DNA from: a virus
Taxonomy: Duplodnaviria; Caudoviricetes
DNA: 64,000 nucleotides
IMG/VR virus record: IMGVR_UViG_3300021255_000042
Location: 45,729 to 109,728 of that record
Strand: one strand, 5' to 3'
The position numbers and the translations under genes were made by a program. Each line of letters opens with the position of its first letter. Within the stretch, counting starts at the first letter, position 1. Shown one piece after another: positions 18,509 to 26,725 of this stretch. The notes under the pieces were generated by a model. The model saw only the letters and a list, made by a program, of their open reading frames with translations, was not told the DNA's origin and ran no database searches.

Positions 18509-20690
18509 CTGGATTGGCGTAGAACCGGTGAGCCGCCTCTTCCTGGCGAACCTCGCTGAAATTGGAAATGCGTTTCAGGTAGCCGATAACGCGGGTTAGG
18601 TAGTCAAGATTCTTGCTACCGCACTTCGGGCAAACATCCAACGTGTCCTTCGAAATGTAACCGCACTCGTTGCAGACCGTGTTGCGACAGTTGAAGGTGA
18701 AATAGTTTGTGCCGTAGTGAGCGGCGGTGTTCAGAAGCTGGCGATACTGTTCTTTACTGAGGTGTTCCTGGATGTTCATGTGCAGCGCAGAGCCTCCATC
18801 CAGGTACTTCACGTAGTCCTCGCCGTGCAGCCGGAACTTGTCGATGATGGAAAGTGTGTCGTCCTCAGGATTGTAGAAGTATGAGCTGTACATTCCGTGC
18901 TTCTGGGAGACAAAATAGCCATCCTTCTTGTCCCAACGGTAGTTCTTGCCGGACAGATTCTCTCCAGGCACGAACTCGGTGTTGAACATACAATCCTTGG
19001 TCTTGTCGCGGCGGTTAACCACGTTGATGGTCTCCAGGATAGTATTGACGAACTCCTTGTAGTCATCGTTCGGAGAAACCTCGATACCCAGGAACTCAGC
19101 CGCATCAGTCAGGCCGTTCACGCCAATCGTGAGATACTGCTTCTTCATATCAATGAAACCGGCATTGTACACGTCCAGCATATCGGCCTTAAGGAAGTCC
19201 TTGATGATTTCGTTGAAGGCGGTCTGGTACTTATGAACACGGGTAACGATTTCTTCAATCGCGGCCTTTATATATTCATAAAGGTGTTCCTTATTGTACC
19301 AGTCGCGCTCCAGGCCCTTGTTGAGAGTAACCGGGGCGCACTCAGTCATATTCTCATCGCGGAATTTCTTGGTAGCGTCCTGGATGATCCGATTGAGATT
19401 AATGGTCATAACGCTCTTGGAGCCGGTTGCAACGGATGCAGTGCCCATTGAATACTGGTGGGTAGTGTGGTTGTGCTCTTCATCCAGGTCTTTAAGAGAA
19501 TTACGCAGGCGGCAGCAACTGGAAAGGGAATCAGGGCTGTTGGAAAGGTAGCAGAAGAAGCTATGGCCCTCGCTCCACATTTCGGCTGTGAAGTCAGCGT
19601 AGTCCTTGTCAACGAAGTCATCACCACCATCGGTAAGCAGAGCCATCGTTTCAACCGGGAAGGTAAGGATGTAGTGATTCCGTTCTTCGTTGAACCACTT
19701 CATAAAATGCTTCTGGAGCCAGCTGAGGGTTTCCCACTTGGGCTTGGTTCCATCCGGGAAATAGAAGTCACCGAACACGCCCTCAAAGTAGGGCTTGTCG
19801 AAGTAGCCGATATTCCAGAACACGGTCTGATACCCACGATTACCGGCGGGCATATTCATCGAGTGAACGACTTGCTGGAAGCAGTTGTCGATGACCTTGG
19901 TGAGAGTGCGCTGCTTGGCATTGTTCTCCACCACCTCATCCAGTCTTTCCAGATAGTTGTTGCCGTAGTCCTTGCGGATGAAGTAGTCAAGGTACATCAG
20001 GAATTCAGGTGTGGCGACCGCGCCCATAAACTGGGAACTGATTGAATAGACGAGGTTTATGAACTCGCCGCAGAAGGATTTGAGGTCGGTCGGTGCTATA
20101 GATACACCTCCAAGACCCTGCAATCCATTCTCCAGGAAGGGGTACATCGTAATGGCAACACAGTACGGATAGCCAGGTGTTCCGCTTTCATCGTGCTTGT
20201 ACAGCACATGGGATTCCAGGTCTTTAATGTACTGCTGGGCAAGATTGCGACCATAGATGGCCTTGATCTTGTCCTGCATGATATAGCGGTTCTGCTTGAT
20301 GTTGTTCTCTTTGTACAATTCCTGGCCAAGTGTGACGATGTTCTTGCGGTTCACGTTTGCGTTTGCATCGAACTTGGAACCTGTGGCCGCATTGGAAGCC
20401 TTGATGTAGTCACGGATGAAATCGCGCTTCTTCTTCAGGTCGAGGCCGCGATCGAACGTCTCTATGTATTCTACGGCCACTTTCTTGTTGACAGACATAA
20501 GAGCTTCAACCACCTGACGGCGAATCTCCTGGGAAGACATACCGTCATACAAATAGAGGTTGTCAACGATAGACGTGACAATTCCTTCGTGGCATTCCTG
20601 CCCAGATGATGCAAAAGCCTGGTGGATGCCGTCAATCAATTTGGCCCTGTCGAATTCTTCGAAGGTGCCGTTCGTTTTGCTTACTTCCAT
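18501..20690 (-). CDS. nrdD: class III anaerobic ribonucleotide reductase with ATP cone
   Basis: N-terminal ATP cone, SSCCRL, CxxC..CxxC, glycyl-radical motif TRVIGYL. Confidence 0.95.
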   Translation of the reverse strand: MEVSKTNGTFEEFDRAKLIDGIHQAFASSGQECHEGIVTSIVDNLYLYDGMSSQEIRRQVVEALMSVNKKVAVEYIETFDRGLDLKKKRDFIRDYIKASNAATGSKFDANANVNRKNIVTLGQELYKENNIKQNRYIMQDKIKAIYGRNLAQQYIKDLESHVLYKHDESGTPGYPYCVAITMYPFLENGLQGLGGVSIAPTDLKSFCGEFINLVYSISSQFMGAVATPEFLMYLDYFIRKDYGNNYLERLDEVVENNAKQRTLTKVIDNCFQQVVHSMNMPAGNRGYQTVFWNIGYFDKPYFEGVFGDFYFPDGTKPKWETLSWLQKHFMKWFNEERNHYILTFPVETMALLTDGGDDFVDKDYADFTAEMWSEGHSFFCYLSNSPDSLSSCCRLRNSLKDLDEEHNHTTHQYSMGTASVATGSKSVMTINLNRIIQDATKKFRDENMTECAPVTLNKGLERDWYNKEHLYEYIKAAIEEIVTRVHKYQTAFNEIIKDFLKADMLDVYNAGFIDMKKQYLTIGVNGLTDAAEFLGIEVSPNDDYKEFVNTILETINVVNRRDKTKDCMFNTEFVPGENLSGKNYRWDKKDGYFVSQKHGMYSSYFYNPEDDTLSIIDKFRLHGEDYVKYLDGGSALHMNIQEHLSKEQYRQLLNTAAHYGTNYFTFNCRNTVCNECGYISKDTLDVCPKCGSKNLDYLTRVIGYLKRISNFSEVRQEEAAHRFYANPDD

Positions 20691-20693
20691 TAT

Positions 20694-21311
20694 TTAGAAT
20701 GTTATGTCTTCGAAGAGTTCGGGGATGGTGCGCTTGAATTCCTCAAACAAAGGAATCATTAGTTCACGCATCTGGGGATGGGCCGCCTTGGAGCAACGAA
20801 GCTTGAAGATGGTTCGCCACTCGCGCATATTGGCGGTTACGATGATGTCGGTTTTCAGGGAATTCGGCAGGACAGAACGTGCCTGCTGTGGAGTCCAACC
20901 TTCGTCCAGGAGCTTAAGATATTTCTGCTCCGCGAAGGCCATAGATTCCTCCCAGTCCTTCTTGCTTTCTTCCGATACGCTGTCGAACCAGTTGGGAAGA
21001 ATGAAGGTGACTTCGCCGTTCTTGCCATAGTTGCAATACCTGGTTGATTCCTGGGAGAAGGAGGCGAGACGGTGACGTACAATCTCGTGAGAAACGCCAC
21101 GATCGCAGACAAAACGCACGGTTGCCTTTTCGTGTTCAAGGACGGATTCGTGGCCGCGTCCAATAACCATGCGAACAAATTGACTGGCACTGTCTTCCGT
21201 AATTTTACCCTCGGACTTGTAACAGTTTCGTCCGGCCAGCTCAATACTGGAAAGAATTGCCTCTCGGTTCAGAGGCGAGAGGATTTCGTAGTAAGGCTTG
21301 ATGATGTTCAT
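20694..21311 (-). CDS. thyX: flavin-dependent thymidylate synthase
   Basis: GHESVLEH, RHRLASFSQESTRY, QQARSVLP. Confidence 0.95.
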   Translation of the reverse strand: MNIIKPYYEILSPLNREAILSSIELAGRNCYKSEGKITEDSASQFVRMVIGRGHESVLEHEKATVRFVCDRGVSHEIVRHRLASFSQESTRYCNYGKNGEVTFILPNWFDSVSEESKKDWEESMAFAEQKYLKLLDEGWTPQQARSVLPNSLKTDIIVTANMREWRTIFKLRCSKAAHPQMRELMIPLFEEFKRTIPELFEDITF

Positions 21312-21406
21312 ACCTTATAGATGTGTATAGGACACGCACCCAGGGTATGGGTATCGCGTCATTGATGTGTAACTGGGGAAGATGGAGTGTTTCAACTATG
21401 GGATGG

Positions 21407-21437
21407 CAAAGATGAACAAAGAATTCAAAAATCCAAA
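21407..21437 (-). promoter_or_regulatory. sigma-A-type promoter TTTG-N19-CATCTTTG for thyX-nrdDG
   Basis: One mismatch to the Bacteroidota consensus, with canonical spacing. Confidence 0.55.
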
Positions 21438-21444
21438 ACAAAAA

Positions 21445-21816
21445 TTAAAAATTGCCGGAATTTTGTGCAACCTTGTTCATTTCTCTGCGGAGACGGATGT
21501 ATTTTACCTCCCTGGAAGGCGTTGGCTTGATTGGCTTTTTGGGCGACAATCCACTATGATAGTATTCGCGTAGGGCAAGTCTAAACTTCTCCGTCTTGAA
21601 AAACGGATTCAGGGAAGCATAAGTGACCGCCTCGATTAAGTACGGGCTGGGAGCAATATCCCCGCTGGCTTCCAGGATCAACCTATACTCCAGCGGGGTT
21701 ACACGTGATAGAAAATATCCAACCCGCGTTTCGAGGAAACTACGCCTCTTCTTTTTTCGCCCCGGCTTTTTTCGGCTTTTGCACTTTGTCGGCGGGACGG
21801 GCTTCTTCGTTTCCAC
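21445..21816 (-). CDS. basic hypothetical protein
   Basis: 123-aa GTG-start ORF, overlapped by a 47-aa ATG ORF at 21740-21883. Confidence 0.5.
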   Translation of the reverse strand: METKKPVPPTKCKSRKKPGRKKKRRSFLETRVGYFLSRVTPLEYRLILEASGDIAPSPYLIEAVTYASLNPFFKTEKFRLALREYYHSGLSPKKPIKPTPSREVKYIRLRREMNKVAQNSGNF

Positions 21817-21931
21817 TCTTGTTGGGTTTTTCTTCTACTCTGGGGGATTCCGGGATAATAACCGGATGCTCATTGCGCTCCATAATGGAGGCGTCTTTTG
21901 GTGAACGATGAATTTTCATTACTGTATATTA

Positions 21932-23707
21932 TTAAACCATGTACATCATTTGGAAGAAAGTTGTTACACCATGATTACCTGCGTGATCGCAATAGCGGAC
22001 GGTACACTTACGGCTGTTTGCGGCAATTACACAACCCCAGTCACGATAGCTGGATTCGAACACAACGGCCATATCCGGCGAGCTGATACCATTCGGAAGG
22101 GTGAACAAATCTCCGCTATGAGCCATTGAAACCGCACCCTGGATGAAGACGATGTTGCCTTTTTGACGGGCATACACACCAACTTGACCACTGCACTGCT
22201 TCCAGCCGGTATCTCCCTGGATGGGTTCATAGCTGTCGGAAGAAGATGCGGCACCAATATTGGCGCGAATCTGAGCCTTCTTAGTCTCGTCCGTTGCCAT
22301 ATCGGCAAGGAGATTCGCCTTCGTGGGGCAAAGGCTTTTAACATCGCTCTGGCCCATCGCATCGATATGGCCACGGAGAACGGCCTTGGTATTGGCACCA
22401 CCGACAAACTGAGAGAGACCGCCGGTAAGCAGGCCATAGCGATTGTCGGACTGGGTGCGGGTGTAGATGGACGAAGTGTCTGCCTTCAGAGCCATCGCCG
22501 TATTGTAGCTGGAAACCAAAACGTACTTCGTGCTGAGAAGTGTGCCGCCCTCCTTGATGGCCGGGCCGATATTCACATAGCTTGCACCGGTGATTTCCAC
22601 TTCACCCAGGGCGTTTGCAATCGAGAACAGCTTGCTTCCACTGGTGACGTAACCAATGTTGGCCATCACCTCGTTCGCGCTGTCACGGAATCCGATCGCC
22701 TTCAGCATATCGGCACTCGTCTTGGCATAGGTGGACTTGATAATGAGACCAACCGCATCGGCAGACTTGATGGTTGCCACTCCGTTGATTCCGACCGCTG
22801 AAGTGCTTCCAGTCACCTCAATAACAGCCACGCCCTTACCGTTGCCAATCTTCGTGTCACGGTAATAGGAGTTGCCGCCATTGTAACCCAGCATATTGAT
22901 GTTGAGAACGCCCGCATCGGAGCTGGTGCCATCGTCATAAATATTGGTGCTGGCGAGTTTGACCGAACCACCCTTCACAGTATTGGCCGAGAATCCGAGA
23001 GACGTAGAAATGCCGCTGGAGCCGATGGTAAAAAGAAGATTGCTGCCAACGTAGAACTTTACGTTGCCGCCGTTATCAATGACGATCTTGTGCCAGGAGC
23101 CGTTCTCTTTCTTGGTCTGGATGATGAAGTCGGTACCATCCCAGTACATCTTACCCTCGTGATTGCCTGAGTTATTGTTGATACCGCCCTTCGTGGTGAG
23201 CGCGGTATTCATCGTAACAGCACCCTGGAAGGTAACTGCACCGGCAACCGCTTGGTTTCCAGATGCGGCGTTGAGCAGGAGGGCGTACTTGCCGAAGAAC
23301 GCGTCCTTCATCGTCAACGCACCGGTAGAGGTGAACTTGATGTACTGAGGAACAGCGTTGGTAATCGGGTCAAGCGAAGACGGGACGGACGTGCCAATCG
23401 CGCATCCGTAGATATGACGGCCAACTTTCTCGGTGCCGCTTGCGTAGTCAACGTTCTCGATGGAATTGGCTTCGTAAATATAACGAGGCCACGTTGAAAC
23501 GCCGGTTGCACCTGGGAAATACCTCAGTTCGCCGTTGATGAAAACGTAACCGCTGGAGATTGTAGTGCCGGACACCTCGCATCCACTGACTACGAAATTA
23601 TCGCACCCAGTAAAGATGGAGTTCAACGCAAGCGAAAGCTCTTGCAGATTGATTATGTCGTCCACATAGGTGTAGCGGCCACCAGTCTGTGCGTTAAAGT
23701 GTTTCAT
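21932..23707 (-). CDS. tail fibre / baseplate-attached fibre protein
   Basis: Gly/Ser/Thr-rich beta-type protein following baseplate J/I-like genes. Likely start MKHFNAQ. Confidence 0.65.
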   Translation of the reverse strand: MKHFNAQTGGRYTYVDDIINLQELSLALNSIFTGCDNFVVSGCEVSGTTISSGYVFINGELRYFPGATGVSTWPRYIYEANSIENVDYASGTEKVGRHIYGCAIGTSVPSSLDPITNAVPQYIKFTSTGALTMKDAFFGKYALLLNAASGNQAVAGAVTFQGAVTMNTALTTKGGINNNSGNHEGKMYWDGTDFIIQTKKENGSWHKIVIDNGGNVKFYVGSNLLFTIGSSGISTSLGFSANTVKGGSVKLASTNIYDDGTSSDAGVLNINMLGYNGGNSYYRDTKIGNGKGVAVIEVTGSTSAVGINGVATIKSADAVGLIIKSTYAKTSADMLKAIGFRDSANEVMANIGYVTSGSKLFSIANALGEVEITGASYVNIGPAIKEGGTLLSTKYVLVSSYNTAMALKADTSSIYTRTQSDNRYGLLTGGLSQFVGGANTKAVLRGHIDAMGQSDVKSLCPTKANLLADMATDETKKAQIRANIGAASSSDSYEPIQGDTGWKQCSGQVGVYARQKGNIVFIQGAVSMAHSGDLFTLPNGISSPDMAVVFESSYRDWGCVIAANSRKCTVRYCDHAGNHGVTTFFQMMYMV

Positions 23708-24239
23708 TATTGAATTGAATTGAATATGTTTTACCTGCAAGTTTGTACTTATCGACCTGATACGCTACCATAGCCAGGTAATCAGCCCTGGAAATCTTGG
23801 TGGTATCGATTGCCGGTGAATACACCATAAAGCTCTTGTTGCCGAACGCTTCGTTCTCGTCCTCGTTGAACAAGATCATATTGTCGGCGATTGCATCGGA
23901 TTCCCCTTCAAACCGTGTGACCTGGTGCTCAACGCCGGAAGCCTCCGTATTCTCCCAATGCAGTTCCGCGCCAAGGTGGCTGGCTGTCTGGATGGTAATG
24001 CCCTCTCCAGGGTTCAGGAAATACTTGCGGAACTTATGGTTCAGGAACCACTCAAATTTGATAACCTGGGAAGTCATAGCCGCCTCGATTCTTGTTTCTG
24101 CGGCCCAATACTTAAAGGCATCGTTCAAGTCCTGCAACGGCTTCAATATCGACTGAAGAAACAGTATCAGCTTTCTCCCACCAATATAGTGAGGGACAAG
24201 CTGATTGACTGTTTTATCGAAATTAATTCCGTATCTCAT
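23694..24239 (-). CDS. baseplate wedge protein (P2 gpI-like position)
   Basis: TSQVIKFEWFLNHKF and VDKYKLAGKTY motifs, plus synteny. Confidence 0.55.
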   Translation of the reverse strand: MRYGINFDKTVNQLVPHYIGGRKLILFLQSILKPLQDLNDAFKYWAAETRIEAAMTSQVIKFEWFLNHKFRKYFLNPGEGITIQTASHLGAELHWENTEASGVEHQVTRFEGESDAIADNMILFNEDENEAFGNKSFMVYSPAIDTTKISRADYLAMVAYQVDKYKLAGKTYSIQFNNETL

Positions 24240-24250
24240 TGTCGTGCCGG

Positions 24251-25162
24251 TTAGGATTCAACAACAAATGTCATAGCAGACCTCCAGCCCTGGAAACCAG
24301 CTTCCTCGCCGGTCTCCGTACTTTGCTTCACATAGCCGCTGTTCGGAACAAAAGAACGAGTAACCCTTTGCTCATAAGTCAGCGTGTCAGCTGCCGGATC
24401 AACCGGAATGAGGTGGTCATCGTCATCATACATAACCACAAAGATTCCCTGGCTTGCGGATTCCGGGTTGATGTAAACATCCACAACGTGCTCTGCGGAC
24501 TGGATGGCATCAATAATCTTCTGGGCATAAACCGCTCCGTTGAAATCAACCTGGGAAATGAAATCGTTCAGAGACTTCTCGATGTTCTGGTAGAGGTCGT
24601 CTTCGGTAACGGCACCATCGTAGTAAACCGTGACCCTTGGAATAAGGATGTCACCCTTACGGCTGACGGCTTCCAGATGCGTACCGGCGAAGGCGATCTG
24701 CTTCAGGTAGGCGCGAATGGCAATCAATTCGTCAGTTTCGATGCGCTTATAACTGCCAGGATCGCCGGTCGCCAGCTTAAAGATGAGTTTCTTGTCGTAG
24801 AAGCCTTGCTCCTGAACCTCAGAATAGCTCACCTTGGTAATGATACGCTTGGATTCGTCAACGGTCGGATAGTTGAAGGTGGTTCCGTCATCGCTCACCT
24901 GGAGTTCATCGCCGGACTGATACTTCAACAGGGCACTTGCGTAGTATGCGGGCGTGCCGTTGATACGGTTCTGGATGTCAACTGCGATGTCGGTCTGAAA
25001 CACCTCCATAATGTTCTCGAACGACCAAATGCACGCAGACACCACCCAGGTAAACGCGTCCAGGATAGACATCTTGGAATCGTTCTTGAATTCGGTAAGC
25101 TGGAGGTATTCGTTGCGCTTGTCAACGGCTTCCTTGTATATTTCAGATAGTGTCCTTGCCAT
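24251..25162 (-). CDS. baseplate J-like wedge protein
   Basis: C-terminal IEKSLNDFI..DFNGAVY..KIIDAIQSAEHVVDV. Start MARTLSE. Confidence 0.7.
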   Translation of the reverse strand: MARTLSEIYKEAVDKRNEYLQLTEFKNDSKMSILDAFTWVVSACIWSFENIMEVFQTDIAVDIQNRINGTPAYYASALLKYQSGDELQVSDDGTTFNYPTVDESKRIITKVSYSEVQEQGFYDKKLIFKLATGDPGSYKRIETDELIAIRAYLKQIAFAGTHLEAVSRKGDILIPRVTVYYDGAVTEDDLYQNIEKSLNDFISQVDFNGAVYAQKIIDAIQSAEHVVDVYINPESASQGIFVVMYDDDDHLIPVDPAADTLTYEQRVTRSFVPNSGYVKQSTETGEEAGFQGWRSAMTFVVES

Positions 25163-25163
25163 T

Positions 25164-26036
25164 TTATGATGCAGTATAAATTGTTCCGTTAATATTGAAT
25201 ACCCACGCACCAGACTGATTCCAAGCACTTTCGTTGATGATGGTCTGGATGGCTGTCATACCGGTCGCAGTGGGTTCAGTTGTCAAATAGACGGTGCAGT
25301 TACGGCGCGTGCCGTAGTTGTTTACGATGTTCACCAGGTAATCATCGATAACCTCCGGCTCAATATGGGCACCTCTCAGGTCAAGCTCCTGAAGGCTCAT
25401 ATTGTAGATCGGAGACAGGTCTTTGATAAGCATCCCGGTAAGATTGAGTACGACTGTCCCGCTGAACAAGAATAGACCCTCCAGCGAATACTCGTTTGAC
25501 TTACTGGTGAATTCATCCACGACAACCGGATAGAGAGTATAGAGGTTTCCGTTCAGCTCGGTCGTGTCAAAGGAGAGCAACGAGAAGTCACCGAATATCC
25601 GAATGACACGCTTATCGACCTGGTTGTCAAAGAAATGTTCAACCTTGACTTCGGTGTGTGTGAGATTGATTGCCTGGAGTTCGGAGTTGTCTCCCCAATC
25701 CACAAGCATCGTCCCCTCGCCGCTTACAATGATAGTCGAGAACTCAATGTCTTTCGGGACGTGAATCTGGAAGACTTGGTTCTCGGAAGGATTCTTGACA
25801 TAGACGTGACGGGCACCATTGGCGGGCCGGTAGTTCTTGTTCCTGATCTCGTCCACGATACCCTGGTTCAGCACAAAATAGTCGTGGTACTCCAGCACAT
25901 CACCGGCCTTCAAATCGTACTCCATAGAAAGCCAGGAGTTCGTTATCAGGAGGTCGTAGATGCCTTCGACAGAGCCGTAGAGTTCTATGGCTATGTCGAA
26001 GATGTTCTGGTTCTTTTTTACTATATACTGTGCCAT
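25164..26036 (-). CDS. LysM-like baseplate protein (gpX-like N-terminus)
   Basis: YIVKKNQNIFDIAIELYGSVEGIYDLL..N LysM-like pattern. Confidence 0.6.
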   Translation of the reverse strand: MAQYIVKKNQNIFDIAIELYGSVEGIYDLLITNSWLSMEYDLKAGDVLEYHDYFVLNQGIVDEIRNKNYRPANGARHVYVKNPSENQVFQIHVPKDIEFSTIIVSGEGTMLVDWGDNSELQAINLTHTEVKVEHFFDNQVDKRVIRIFGDFSLLSFDTTELNGNLYTLYPVVVDEFTSKSNEYSLEGLFLFSGTVVLNLTGMLIKDLSPIYNMSLQELDLRGAHIEPEVIDDYLVNIVNNYGTRRNCTVYLTTEPTATGMTAIQTIINESAWNQSGAWVFNINGTIYTAS

Positions 26037-26725
26037 TAGTTCGTTGCGTCTGCGTTTGTCGTGTCAAGCTGGAGGGACAGTTGACGCGTGTTGAAATCAT
26101 AGCTTGCGGAAATAACCGGCGTGCCGTCATCCGAGAACTCTTGTTGGAGGACGTTCGAGAGATCATTCCCTATCATATTGCTCTGCTGCCAACGGATCAG
26201 ACCAACGCCGGTTACTGGATAGCGGTAGTTGTTGGTAGGCACGCAGGCCAGCATCATGTTCGTGTTCTGGCGGTTGGCCTTGACCACATTAAGGTCGGTT
26301 TCTTCGGCAGAGTAAAGCTTGGCGATTCCTCCTTCCAGCATCAGGAAGAAGGAATTCTCGGAGATACGGAGAAGCTGGGAAGCGAAGGCGTTCTCGAATT
26401 CGCCACCATACAGCGCAGTCTTCACCAGGAACCAATCTGAGCCGTCAACAGGGTTCTGGACGTATGCCGAGTTGGTCTCTGAATACACGCGCTTGATGCG
26501 CACATAGAATTCTTTGTACTTTCCGGTATAAGGAATCACGAAGTACAAACCCTTGCTCCAAATGGAATCCAACGGTAAAGCTGCTGGAACAACGATCTCG
26601 CCATAGATGTACCTGGTGAGGCCGTTTGGATTGGAGACCCAGGAGAAGTCGTGTAGTTCGTACTTCGCCTGGGAAGGGAGTGTTATGTCTCCGGTGTTGA
26701 TATGTATTTCGAAGTCTCTACGCAT
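26036..26725 (-). CDS. putative baseplate protein
   Basis: 229-aa ORF in the baseplate operon. Confidence 0.5.
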   Translation of the reverse strand: MRRDFEIHINTGDITLPSQAKYELHDFSWVSNPNGLTRYIYGEIVVPAALPLDSIWSKGLYFVIPYTGKYKEFYVRIKRVYSETNSAYVQNPVDGSDWFLVKTALYGGEFENAFASQLLRISENSFFLMLEGGIAKLYSAEETDLNVVKANRQNTNMMLACVPTNNYRYPVTGVGLIRWQQSNMIGNDLSNVLQQEFSDDGTPVISASYDFNTRQLSLQLDTTNADATN

